DNA of 54,645 nt, counting the filler, from Sphacelaria rigidula (taxonomy: Eukaryota): assembly GCA_964200075.2 (NCBI GenBank). It is 4 parts of 4 records of this genome, joined end to end, with 100 filler letters (N's around TTAATTAATTAA, not from the genome) between each part and the next. Parts side by side here need not be neighbours in the genome. Positions count along the whole stretch, not along the records: positions 13,691 to 27,279 come from CAXNAA020002785.1; positions 27,380 to 40,962 come from CAXNAA020002786.1; 2 more parts are not named here. The stretch is one strand, 5' to 3'. The translations under genes and the position numbers were made by a program. The notes under the pieces were generated by a model, which saw nothing but the letters and a program-made list of their open reading frames with translations, was not told the DNA's origin and ran no database searches. The stretch's first letter is position 1; each line of letters begins with the position of its first letter. Positions 24,305 through 36,632 of the stretch are shown here, piece by piece.

Positions 24305-24640
24305 CGGAGTCAAAATGGCGCGAAAGATGCATGAAGCAAGCCTTCAAGCGTCCAAAGAGTACTTGGTTACTGATTCAGGCGATACGAGTCATGCTGGAAA
24401 CATAGGGACGAGTCTGATCCAATCACGGGTCAGTCGAACATGCGATCAGTGGTCGACTCGAGCGGTAAGAGTCATGTGCGAAAACGGCGACTTCTTTCTA
24501 GACGAATCCGAATCGAGTCTGAGTTACTCATGGAAATGAGGACGACTTTGAGTTGGGCCATCTGCGAGTCGAGTCATGTTGCTAGTTCGTTCTCGAAAGA
24601 GTGATTTACGAGTCTGACTATGTGAGGTCGAGTGATGGAA
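24305..24640. repeat. Cluster of (C)GAGTC motifs, possible transposon subterminal repeats
   Basis: About 8 copies of cgagtc/gagtc/gactcg within about 330 nt, including cgagtcgagtc at 24565. Confidence 0.5.
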
Positions 24641-25849
24641 AATACGTAAATACGCGATGACTGCGAGGCTCTCGTGTGGAGTGCGTTGTGCGTCTTCGTG
24701 CTGCGTTTATGTGCATTACAGCACAACAGCCCAGCACAGTACTGTGGTGCTTGAAACTGTTCTAGGTGTTGCACTGACCGCAATATGGTGCAGCAGGGCA
24801 CAATCTTCCTGGTGTATGTCTCTGGATGCCCAAAAAGGGCACATCATCCGATCTGCTAGCTTGCACCGGGTCTCACTGATCGACTGTGTGCCTGTACTCC
24901 TCCTGGTGTTTGACAGACGCTGCGCTGTTTGCACCGATTGCACAGTGTCTAGAGTATGCCGGACTATGCGCTGCATTCATTTTCTCCGTACATATTTTCG
25001 AATATTGTGTAGTTGCCGTTTTGGGGGGTGTCGTTCCCTTCCCGCGGTATCTGTAGGCACCATGGTCCGTACGCGTGTTCTTACAGGGTACGGAAAGTAA
25101 ATATTCTCTTCTCTTGAACCTTGCTGCATCATCCCACTACTCACGAATGCCGTAAAATTGTAGCGACGCGGAGGCGTACCAACACGGCACAATTATAGTG
25201 TGCCCATCTTACTGGAAAACACTCGCCTGACGTCCGGATGCACCCACTAATGGGTGCCCGGTTTATCATGCTATGCGGAATCATCCTGAGTTTAAGGGGT
25301 TGAGATATGACTCAATTCACACGGAAAGACGAGGAACAGTTACAACTTGAGTCGTGCGAGCCACTTGCAGAAAACGGGGACAGATGTGACCCGAGCAATA
25401 CGCTGCATTGGGGAGAATGTTGACTCATACGGTGGATTTGAAGAATCAGCCCCACACGCATTCGAGGGGGCGGAGTCCCACGAGTAAGATACGGAGTCAC
25501 TGAATGTGTACATGCCTTTTTCACTCATTCCATCGATCTGTCTTTACGGGAGTGGCGTACTTTACTGTGCTTGTTTTCTGTGCCCCTGTTTTTACCGACC
25601 CTCACTCGAAGTTTGCGATCATACCGCTCTGGACGCGCCATGTTGTAGTTGACGCTCTTACGCCCATTGTATCGACCTCCTCGTACGGTGTACGAGATTA
25701 ACGCTCAACTAAGCGTGACGAGAGGTGACAGGGATCACTGTCGGGATAACGTTCCCGCCACAAGTAATTCTCAATCCGATTTGTCCCGATTTTCGGTCGA
25801 CCCTTATCCTACGGGGTTATCAAAGTACTTTATAGTCCCCCTCCCCCCT

Positions 25850-25901
25850 CCTGGTCCGGCGAAAATCCGGCTTGCGCCGTCCCGGCTTTGTAGGGGCGGA
25901 C
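25850..25901 (+). repeat. Family B short element after a C run
   Basis: cctggtccggcgaaaatccggcttgcgccgtcccggctttgtaggggcggac. Confidence 0.8.
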
Positions 25902-26167
25902 TCCATAGGCGGTTGGCGTCGGTTGGCGATGGCGCCGAAAAATATGCCACTCACTACGAGAGCTATTACGGTGGCGTATAGTCGATGAAGGCTCGACGCC
26001 ATTTCTCTTTTTTGCGGGTGACGGGGACGTTTCACAGCTTGAAAAAAACGCATCAATAAGGGTGCCACGCTGCAGGAAAAAAACAAGTTTTTTTCGTAAT
26101 AAGGTATGCCTTGAGGACGTTTCTTCCGGTTCGTTTTTTCCCCTCCTATTTTGCAAAAATCGAGGGG

Positions 26168-26320
26168 AAAATACAAGATGGCTACTCACGGTTGGTATTT
26201 TCACAAGATTCTCGGAAGAAAAATACAAGACGAGGAAAAAATTGCGAGATGGGCCCTCCTGGCTTGTATTTTTTCAAAAAAATACAAGACAAGGTTGGCT
26301 TTTATTTTCTCTTGTATTTT
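26168..26320. repeat. Direct and inverted AAAATACAAGA motif array
   Basis: Forward copies at 26168, 26220 and 26279; reverse copies (cttgtatttt) at 26263 and 26311. Confidence 0.75.
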
Positions 26321-27219
26321 CCATTCGAGACGTGGCGAATCTAGCATCGCCCGCCAGCCCTGAAGATGGTTGTGCGCTTCGTCATCTGCGGGGCTCTTCT
26401 AATAGCAGTGTCGAATATCCCCAGCGCCGTTTATACCTTCATCAACTTTGCTCCGCCATCCCGGCGTACGCGAGATGTCGTCAGGGGCTTACGATCTAGT
26501 GCCATCGACCGTGCTCTCGAAAACCTGCAGCAGGGACAGTACCCAGCGCAGAAATTACAGCATACTGTGTGTGCTGCCTCATGCAGTGAGTTGTAGGTGC
26601 ACACAACAGTACAATAGTACGCATGGCTGTAGTAAGAATGGGGCGTACAACGTAAGATATGTGGACAACTTGCAATACAGACAACACTAGACATTTCTGC
26701 ACTGCCGCATTGAACAGTAGGATCCACATGCCATGCTGCACCCAACGGCTGCCGAACATGATCTGGACAACGTGCAGTGAAGACAGTACCAAGCCTGTTC
26801 TGCCGCTTCCAACTGTACAGTACAGATAGAGGTAACAAGTACAGTACTGTCTGTACTGCCGCATGCGGCAGTATACATGCGCACATATCAGGTTGCAGTC
26901 AGTAATATACAACGGCTGCACTATAATTCATGTGGAGTAGTGCGGTACAGACAGTACTACTAGAGAGTACTATCGTCTGTGCTGCCGCATACGGTATACT
27001 GCAGTATAGGATGGAGATGCCAATTTGCACACCGTACGTCAGGGTCAGCAGCGATCGGGGGAGGTCTATGTTTCACGTCTTCTTACACCAACACAGGAAA
27101 CTTGGCATGGCGAAGTCTGAGTGCTTCGTACATCGCCTTGGCGTGCACACCCCTTTGAATTCCGCTGACCGCACTTTTGGTACCTCCTCGCTCTTTCGGT
27201 AACCCCCCCCCCCCTCATC

Positions 27220-27279
27220 AGCCTGGTCCGGCGAGAACCCGGCGTGCTCCGTCCCGGCTTTGTAGGGGCGGACCCCCGA
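27220..27279 (+). repeat. Family B short element after a C run, at the contig end
   Basis: agcctggtccggcgagaacccggcgtgctccgtcccggctttgtaggggcggacccccga. Confidence 0.8.
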
Positions 27280-27379
27280 NNNNNNNNNNNNNNNNNNNNN
27301 NNNNNNNNNNNNNNNNNNNNNNNTTAATTAATTAANNNNNNNNNNNNNNNNNNNNNNNNNNNNNNNNNNNNNNNNNNNN
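27280..27379. other. Artificial contig spacer
   Basis: 44 N + TTAATTAATTAA + 44 N. Confidence 0.97.
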
Positions 27380-27755
27380 ATCCGTAACGCCCCAAAAACA
27401 CCAACGTGAGCACTGCAGTTTGAGCGCGGCCTACGCTTGCTCCCTAAATCTACCGGAGCTAGCACTTTCAAGTAGTAGTGAAGAACGGTTCGCCAGAAAA
27501 ACTCAGAAAAAAGGACAACTACTAATTCTGAAAACTTCTGATGCTGACTACTATATTTTAAATGATCCCGAAATAAGGTGGAGAGGCGAGTGCTGAAAAG
27601 GGGCATGAACAATGCTTCACACTGGTGGCAATAGCTGGTGCATGGTGCACTGATATACTTGATTTCCTTGAAACCGCTTCCCGAGCTAGTTTTTCTTTCT
27701 TCTCTTGTTCCCGGTACCCCCTACCGTACACCCCTACCGTACACACCTACCGTAG

Positions 27756-28590
27756 GTGGACGATGCAGGAAGAAAACCCTTTCTATTTTGGGGCGCCGTG
27801 GGCTTCACCGCGTGTCTTTTGCTTCTCAGCCTCAGTTTCGCGCAAGAGTGGCCAACGCTGTCGTTCGTGGCGTGCTGTGGCCTAATGGCTGCGTACGCTT
27901 TGTCTTACGGGCCAGTGACATGGCTTGTGACAGCCGAGATGTTCCCCTCAGGAATTCGCGGGAAGGCTCTTGGAATAGGCCAGGTGATACTGTACTCGTT
28001 AGAGGTACATGTATATCGCGGAACAGGTACAGTTGTAGTGCGCTTTAGCTCTGCATGTCATGTTTCAAAACGGCGGAGACGGTACTAAATCTCTTCATAC
28101 CGAGGACATTTCGACAACTTATCAAGTGTCAATGCTGTTTCTCCTTGTCTAGCTTTGCATCCAACGTCCATGATTCAGTGGAAACAGTGTTCTACTATCT
28201 GTCTTCCAAGTTCCCAGCTAACACAAACTCGTGATCCCTTCCGGCGCTCCCCTCCGCCGTGGTCGCCTACCGCAGGTGGGTTCTTTCGTGGGGAGTTTCA
28301 TGGCGTCTTCGTTTTTTCTTCGCCTTCTACACGGTGTAGGCGGCGACGTCACTTTTTTGTGTTTCGCAATTGTCAGCTTCGGGGCCGTAGTTTTCATCGC
28401 ATTCACTGTGCCCGAGACAAAGGACAGGGAACCCCACCAAATGGAGCACCCGGACTGCGGCTGCTGCTTCCCGTACAGCGAGCTCAGGGATGACTCGCAC
28501 GACGGCACAACGTATCCCACTCAGACAGTGGAACGCAAGTGCCGGCCGGGTCAAGTCCAGAGCGAAGCACGATCGGTGACCTTGCGGTAG
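27756..28590 (+). CDS. MFS sugar porter family transporter, last two exons (5'-partial)
   Basis: join(27756..27983,28276..28590) with a GT-AG intron. VDDAGRKP (D-R-x-G-R-R-like loop), SYGPVTWLVTAEMFPSGIRGKA and VPETK are sugar-porter signatures, with hydrophobic helices between them. Confidence 0.88.
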
Positions 28591-29790
28591 TTCTCAAATG
28601 TTCGGTCTTGAGTCTTGGGTACTGTAATGTAGAGGGAACATATCGATGAATATTTCGGGGGTGTGGTAACCTCGAACGCGCAGCCGACAAAAACTGCCGC
28701 TTCAACGCTTCGTCCGGAGAGTGGCAAGAAGTAAATAGCATATTGAATTTGAAGTAGCGTAAGCGCATCCATTCTACGCTTTGCGTAATTTGCAAATGAC
28801 GCGTAGATCCCCATCGCCTCTGTGCACTGGATCCAAAAACCAACCACCCTTGCGGTTTGGGGAGGAGCCATGAAATTCTCATACTGTACATGGAGGTTTA
28901 AACAGTTCAACATGAGTTGTGAAGTTCAAAACCCCTCTATAAATAGTAAATATTTCGAGTTAGTTGGGAACAACACAACCATGCGAACCAAGTGCAGGAT
29001 ACGATAGCTTTTGAAAGCATTCAGTAGTATATGTTTGTGGTGGTGAGTATTTTGTGGGTGACATGATGAGTTCGTTGTATTTCTAATGGTGTGTCCTCAA
29101 AGACGAACACAACTTGTACAACTACACCGACGTTTGTAGTACGGTGTACGGTGTTCCAGCAAAACTATTTTTCTCCTGGTACAGGAAGCATGGTATATAT
29201 ATATATACTTCCTGTGTCCGAGAGGTGTGGTCGGTTATGTTTGTCCAAGCCCTCACCCGTGTCCCATGTGATTTTCGTTTTTTTTCTTTCATTTCTCTGC
29301 TGTATTTCACTTGAAAGCTTTTTTTTTTGCACCTCGCTGTTGGATTATGCGGCAGATCGGCCGCAAAAGAAACAGTCGGACCAAAAATGGTCGTGTTTCG
29401 CCCCTTACTCGATACTGGTCAAGGAAATTCCCGGTCGTCTCGTCAACTTGATAACAGATGAAGTCGATTCGGCGAATTTCTGAGCAGGGGAAGGGGAGGT
29501 TTTGATGCGGCGAGCCACCTTTGCCACCCCTTCTTTCTTGGACCGCCGCACGGTCTCCGTACCGTAATCCAGCCCGATTATTTCAGCTGATCGGACACCT
29601 GCCGGAGCGTAAATGACCGATTCTGCTCGTTGACGTTCTTCAGCCCCGCAACCTCTGTTGGTGCGAGGAGCGACGGGCGTTCAGTCCTTGTGATATTCGA
29701 AAGGTCGACCTCCTGGGTAGCATCGATCTAGGAGGTCAGTTCACCACTTGGGATGGTGAGAAATTTCTCAGAAACTTATAACTTCGAACA

Positions 29791-29823
29791 AACTATAACA
29801 CTAACCCTAACCTTAACCCCAAC
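29791..29823 (+). repeat. Degenerate telomere-like (AACCCT)n tract
   Basis: aactat aacact aaccct aacctt aacccc aac. Confidence 0.6.
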
Positions 29824-32800
29824 GAAGGCACACCGAGAACCCTCGGGCGAGGGGGTGGAGAGTGTTACATAGGCAAAGGGTGCGTTGCCAGACCCCAAAA
29901 CGGCGACGACTAATGCCGAGATAGCCCCCCACACAAAAAGTGCACCGGAGACCATCCAACGAACCGGCTGCGATCCCACTATTGGGCTCGTTTGCAGCAA
30001 TTTCACTCACATGAGAGGCGTGTAGCAGTCCGAAATCAACTAGAACGCCCAAATCAGTCGCGTCGTGTAGCATGAAACCAGCTTTAACGGCAGTTATGAT
30101 CATCGCCTCCGTGCACGGTTTTGGCCGGTTTGGGGGGGGGGCTATCTCGGCAGCAGTCCGACCCAGGCGCCGATTTCGACTAAAACGCGTTCTGCGTAAG
30201 CTAGGAGCGCGCTTGGAGCATAGCCCGAATAAAGATCCGGATTTTGGCTGTTGACACTAAAATCGAGTCGAACTATATGAGGAATTTATCACCACCCCAA
30301 GTGGTGAACTCTACTGCGATCTGGGCTTCGGCGTTTTCCCACGATTTCGTCCGGTACTCGGGACCAACACCGGAGCGTTCGCAGATTAGCCTCAGCGACC
30401 CTCTGTGCACCCTCACCTTGCCCGGTGGAATAGCGAGCGCAACCTCCATCGCAATCGCAGAGCGGCGACCCAATTGTAGCTTGCCACCCGTTCGGCGAGG
30501 GGGGGGGAAGGGGGGGGGGGGTACTCGGGGGCAATCACATCGTATTGTGACGTCTGTGGGCTAGGTGTGGGATGTCTAACACGAATTCTAAAAAATAGTC
30601 TAGATGAAATATCATGGGAATTCTGAAGAAACGGTCAGCACGGGGTATATTTGGACCTGTTTTTAGTTCCAATTTCACAAAGTGAATTTGGTTTCTGCTG
30701 CGGGTAAAACTTCGACTGCCCATTGTTTTGCGACTCTGTTTCTGCGACAGGATTTCTGCGACTCGATTGCGATATTTTTTTTGCTAGATTTTTGCACTTT
30801 GAAACCCCTATTGATTTCGGTGTTTTGGGGATAACTTGGTCAAACAGAAACCAAACGCATCTTGCTCCAAGGGGCACCCGGACACACAGCAGTTGCTCCT
30901 GGCTACCTAGTATCATCCTCCAAATCGAAGTCTTGAGTGGGAAGCCCAGCGCTTGGTGCCCATGTACAAGGATGATCGATCTACATCTAGTATCATGCTC
31001 CAAAACGTACCCGACAAGGGGCAACATCCCCGTACATTATACATGGAAATATACCCAATCGTGGACAAAAGATTTTCACAGTCAGTACAAACGCGTTCTT
31101 AAAGGTGTACTACGCAAAGTCAGTGTGTTGTGTGTGCTGTCGTCCCATCTATTCTGGACGCACCAGCCGCGGCTGTGTTACCATACAGCTTCGCCCAAGT
31201 TACAGGCAGCAATTACAGCGGCGCAGGCGGCTTTTCACTCCTGCGTGCGCCACCTGGGGCAAACGCACGCTGTAACTGCAACACGGACAGCTTTACAAAA
31301 TGTGACGTAGCGATAGACTGTAGCGCGTAGCGAGGGGTGATATTCTGCGTACATGTTGGCCGCGATACAAGCAGCTGCATTCATGATGTGGCAAACTGCA
31401 CAAGGTGACGCGAAATCAATGCAGGGCAGGGAAAGGCTAAGGATGTCACGTCCTGCGGTGTGCTTTGTCACCCTGCACCCTGCCGCTGTGCAGTGAGCAG
31501 GTAGTATACCGCCGCAGGCGTCACGCTGCGGTTGGTACGCCGAGCCAGCTCCACACTCATAGGGTAACTAACCACTGCATTGAGTGTCATAAACTCATTG
31601 AATTAAGTTAAACGCGCGTGGCGCGTTATTTTCGAGCAGCACGCGCGCTAGCGCGTGCGCGATTTTCCGTGTTGCCGACATCGTACCAGCGCGCTTGTGC
31701 ACTACAGCGTTCTACTCCCCGGTGGCAGCCCGTCACGGTATTGCTCCTCATGCTTCATCATGTTTTATTCGAAGACACGCAGAAGAGATGCCAGCGAGTC
31801 CATCGTTGTTGCACTTGGAGATGTGGTGAACCACTTTTTTCCCGATCTAGTACTGCCGTATGCTCCGTGCTGTACCAAATAGTACGAGGTACCAGTTCAA
31901 AAGCGGATATGCAAGATAAAAACGCTACCGACATGCTCCGGTTATCATGAACTGTGTACGAGGCGCGGGAAACGTAGTTTTTGTCAAGGAATGCAAGGAT
32001 GCGACCATACTGCAGTACAGGCAGTTCTTATTATTAGCATGAAAGACGTGATTCCAACGAAACATAATACAAAGCATTTACATTATAATACCTCGGTGTT
32101 TTTGTACTGAAACGAGTCCACCAGTCCCTTCACCACCTACCGTAAGGAGACAGATACCACGTGTAAATACGAAATAAGTTACGGGCAGACCTTTATTTTA
32201 GAGTGGAAGGGCTCAGCCAAGATCACTCCTGTTTCACAGCCGAAATCCGAGACGGCAATGTCGCAAACACCGAAATAAATTGAAATTGGAAGTTCCCTGG
32301 ACACAGCGCAAACTATATTAAAAACGACTTTTTTTTTCATCAGCTTCGTACGTGCTTCATCTTTCTAAAGAAGCAAACTATAAGGTCATCGTCAACACCG
32401 GTTGAACCCAAACAAAAAAACGCTCAAAACCGACCAAACTTATGGGACAGGAAGTTATATATATATATACGCAGTTTATGGTGTTCGAAGGAAGCAGCCG
32501 CGTCCGGAGGTGTACTGTACAACAATGATAAATGATAAATGCCACTGGCACCACTACTATTATTAGTGAGTTTAATATGTGCGAAAAAACGCGCGTGCGA
32601 TTGCCGCCACATGCGCTCGTTTAGTTTGGATTCTTCCCGTGAAATACCTAATCTCCATCCTTGGAAGCGTCAGGGTGTGAGTAGTAGAAAGAGTTTGTTT
32701 AAAGAGAGTCGTTACAGTGCAGGAGTGCTGGTCATCATCTCATGCGTAATACCAAAATGTAGGGTGTTTACAGCTACTGGTACTGGGGGAGAAAAGAGAG

Positions 32801-34389
32801 AGATGGCTTGATCCCTCGAGACTCGAGACCATGGACTAAAGTAATCCCGAGAAAAAGGGCAGGGGGGTTGAAAGTATGACTGAAGGGAAGAGAAAAAGTG
32901 CTCAGACGACGGTCTGGGCCAGAGATCGTGTTGTAGGCCTGTGAGCGTCTCTAACAGCACACCACGATTTATGCTTCAGCACCAGAAACTTCCCTGGACG
33001 TTTGCTCATAACTCCCATAATTATCGACGATGGCATCCTGTTTGACGAACCCGGAATGCTTTTTTCTATATTATCGATAGGATTGCCGCAGTCAAAAGAT
33101 CAAATACACGCGGATATGATACAACACAAGGTGGAAACACACTTGCACTTGCTGCGCAGCCCGCAAGTGCGAGATTTACACCATGCGTGTATCATGCGCC
33201 GTCACTGGCGGGGAATCATTGGATGTCCCAGGAGAATGCATCACAGCCCCGGTCAGCATCAACTTGATATCTGCTAAAAGCTCTCGTAACTGCAGGTCAG
33301 CGTCGTGTGTGTTGAATGATCGCAGATTCTCGCTCCCCATTCGTGAATAAAACGCCAGCACCTGCGCACCAAGGCAAGGGGGGAGAGAGGAGGGATCGCA
33401 CGCTAGTTCGTCACTGGAAGGTGTCTTGAGATGACACATCACGTATCTGAACGGTACCTGTACTACTACTACGTGGTATTACCGTGGCATTCATGTCAGT
33501 TTACTCATTCCCGCTTCACTTTGCCTTCTCTCGAGCTACCTCAAGTGGATATTTCTCTTGGACTACTACCCCTTGGGTACATTTATCTTGTCTTATATCG
33601 CTCGATATGTGCCGGATATGTGTTGGATTTGCAATATGCGACGATCAGTCAGCCATAGATTTTGATTTGTAAGAGTGAAGAGTGATAGGACAACACACCG
33701 ATATATAGTCTTTACCGTTCACGGATCAACAGTGGATGAACTGTTGTCCTGTACGTCCCGCCCCGTCGCGGGCCATTTTCAAGAGCCAAAGGACGTGTAC
33801 ATATTTCCGTTTGCGTACGAAAGACGTTCATACTCAGCACCACTGCACGTCAACATTCTCTCGGCTACGCTACCGCACTCAAGTCCATATGTTACGTACT
33901 TGTACATTAACCATCATTCAGCATCACGCTGTCGCCATGCCGAGGAAGTCCTGACTCATCCCGGGGCAGTACTTCGGCTCAGCTTGAAAATGTTTTGGTA
34001 GTGCACGGTACAGGAAGTGTGTTTCATCCCGTACAGTCAGCCAGTACTCTGCGGTGGCCAACTCGCTCAGTAGTGATGAGTAGGTACTGTGTATGGGCAT
34101 TCAACACTACACTAGCCTGCCAAACCTCTCTACTGCACACTGTTTGCGCATTTTCGGTGTTTTCCTCGCTGCTGCGAGTACACGACCGTTCTGGGTCAGT
34201 GAGCTAGCAACACGGGGCAGGGTGATGAAATCCGCACATAATTGAGAAATATTTGTACATTTGAGTAGACCAAGTGCATTTTACAGCTTTTCCCGGCATT
34301 TCGTACTGAAATATCATGCACTTGCCTTCGTTGGTCTACGATGATTCACTTGTGTGTCGGGCTAATCCACTTTTCCACTATTCCACGCG

Positions 34390-35900
34390 TTCTCAATCTC
34401 AAACATGCCCACCCTCCCCCCGGAACTTGGTACACCTATTTTCTATTCTCCTTGTCATCCGCGGGAGTGTTGGAATTTATGCTCCGATACAGAGCTCGTA
34501 GCCAGAGGAGAGGACCAAGTCAAACACGAATCTACAACGAGGGGAAACATCACCAGTGTCGCAGCGAAACTGCTCAAAGGTGAAACGAATACGTTTTGTG
34601 GGCGCGTACACTCCTAGCTTGACTTCACGATTCGGCCAAATTGTTATACATTTGCCGCCAAGGCGTAAAAGCCTGCGATAATTCACCGAGATGGTGCTCC
34701 CCCGATCAATCTGGGAGCGCACAGACCATTCTCACGACGCGCACGATACAGGAGGTGGGGCCCTTCCAAGGCTCACGTTTCCAACGCCCATCGCCACCAT
34801 AGATACGATGAGGCTTGTGCACTCTCGGGACACGATATATGACTGCTTCACCTCAATGTTCAACCGTATGGGTATTGCATCATGTCTTTGTACCGTGCTG
34901 TGTACAGTGACCCGCTCCAAGGCTGATCAGCCAGCTAGGCCAGATTATATCGCTGATACATGCCCACCTTACCTTGTGATTACAGTACACGAAATCGAGC
35001 CTGGATGATGACACAAAGCACGCTCTTGAACATCGCTCTCAACGATTGTTTTCATTTCGAACAAATTCGAAAGCATCATCTACCGCGTTCGCTAAGGGCA
35101 CCAAATTGCAGAAATGTCGCAGAAATGTCGCCGTCACGGCATGTGCACAGGTACTGAAGTACTGGGTTCCAGTGCCTTTCGAACTGGAAATGGAACAACT
35201 CTCATCGTGAGACAACGATCGACACAAGAAAACGTCGACACGCGCATGACTTACACTCTCTCCCACGTCGTAGCATGAAAAGAGATGGCTCTCCCCGGTT
35301 ATGTGTAGTATTGGGCAGTCCATCTGTCCCAGAGTGGCAGCTGAAGCAATGATGTAGACGTTGCGGTGATTCCAAGTGCGGCCGGCGGGTCGAGTCAAGC
35401 AAACATGGGTCAACAGCTTAAACATGGGGGATCGGTGAGAGAAGGGCCGTTACGAACCATACCTTGAGCAACCACTAAAATATCAATACCGGTCATCAAG
35501 ACACGCTTTGCCTGATAATCCATCCACGGCTGTTCGCCTTGTGGGCCGACCTGTGCCTGACCTACGCTTCCACCTCACCTGTCACCTACAGCACCAGCTG
35601 ATTCATCCCCATTTCCTTCGCTTTTGCTACAACACAGGTATACGATGGCTTCAGCGTCAATGTGAGACAGAAAGTGTCTACAAAGCATGCTATCAAATCT
35701 CTCTCACGACCATAAACAGGAGACTTCCGACAACGAATCACGGCTCGACTACTATGCACTTGTAACAGCTCACCAAACTGCTCGGCTGCCCTCTTGAGTG
35801 CCGCAACAGCAGCGCAAATCTCATCTCGCTGCGATGCCTCCCCATCTATGAAGAGCCCAGATCTACCAAACGGTCGACGATAGACAGGGGCAAGTTATCG
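34390..35900 (-). mobile_element. Highly decayed MuDR/MULE-like transposase remnant
   Basis: Minus-strand fragments in MuDR order: FMVVRE (cf. FMSDRxKG), DCPILHI (cf. LPI), GTGTQYFSTCAHAVTA (SWIM-like end), RCTKF.G.GH (knuckle-like, about 34400-34435). Weak, by-eye similarity only. Confidence 0.3.
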
Positions 35901-36184
35901 GTCACAGCCAAGGTGCATGAGGTGCCATTGGGTGCAATGTAGTGCATGTAAATGTCGCAAGCAACAGCGCACATGGCAAATTTTGTATTCGTCTCATTTA
36001 GTTATAAATACGAATTTGGTAGAGGGGTACATATTTCGTGCTGAATTGAGATCCATGTAAAAATTTGAACGTGTATTCGGTTTGCTGACCGTATCACCGG
36101 GGTCTCTTTTGGGGAGCGGGGGGGTCAAAGTGCCTTTATGGGACACGATCGTACTTACAATGCTGGAACGCTTTTTGGACATAT

Positions 36185-36619
36185 TGTTATGGAAATGTTA
36201 GCTCATGTCCATGTACTAGTCAATGTTCAGTTCCGTAGCACTTCTGTTATAGCGTAGTACGTCTTGTCGGTCTAATACGTGTCGGTTTGTGAGGAACGTA
36301 TGATATGCGGAGGAACTACTTTGCTGTGTTCTATCGCGGAGGTCACTCCAACTCCTCCTTCTCCTCCTCCCTCTGATCTTACTACTGTCCTGTCTTCCAA
36401 GGACAGCTCCGTCTTCTAGACTCTAGGGTACTCTGTGATTCATATCTGTGTGTGTTGGCCACCTAAGCGCCACTTTCAACATCATATCATCATCTCTACT
36501 ACACAGAAGCATCATCCTGCTTCTCTTCGGCTCTCCACTGCCGAGTGTTTCGTACCTCGACTAACCTCGAGAGGCACAGCCTCTGCCACGGTGCCAAGGT
36601 ACTAAAAGTTACCATAATA
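36185..36619 (+). repeat. Copia 5' LTR (about 435 bp)
   Basis: Starts TGTTATGG and ends CCATAATA (7/8 inverted match), immediately followed by a PBS-like sequence. The 3' LTR is not in the window. Confidence 0.75.
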
Positions 36620-36632
36620 GGTTATGAAAGCC
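36620..36632 (+). promoter_or_regulatory. Primer-binding-site-like sequence (internal-half tRNA-iMet type)
   Basis: GGTTATGAAAGCC abuts the LTR end and resembles the GGTTATG(G/A)GCCC PBS of Copia-type elements. Confidence 0.6.

Noticed and set aside
25340..25483. Candidate next exon of the RS-rich gene (phase-compatible open stretch ending at GTAAGA)
   Set aside because: The acceptor context is purine-rich and the peptide has no recognisable similarity.
27189..27240. Hammerhead-ribozyme-like pattern on the minus strand: GTTC-TC...CTGATGA-G12-TTACC-GAAA-GAGC
   Set aside because: The core boxes and a 5-bp stem III can be drawn, but stem I lacks its closing pair and stem II is mostly a G homopolymer. 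CTGATGA is absent from the other two family B copies, so this is probably chance.
32800..33440. Decayed coding-like stretch on the minus strand (faint hAT-like PSSEHFFS)
   Set aside because: A single weak motif is not enough to assign a TE class.
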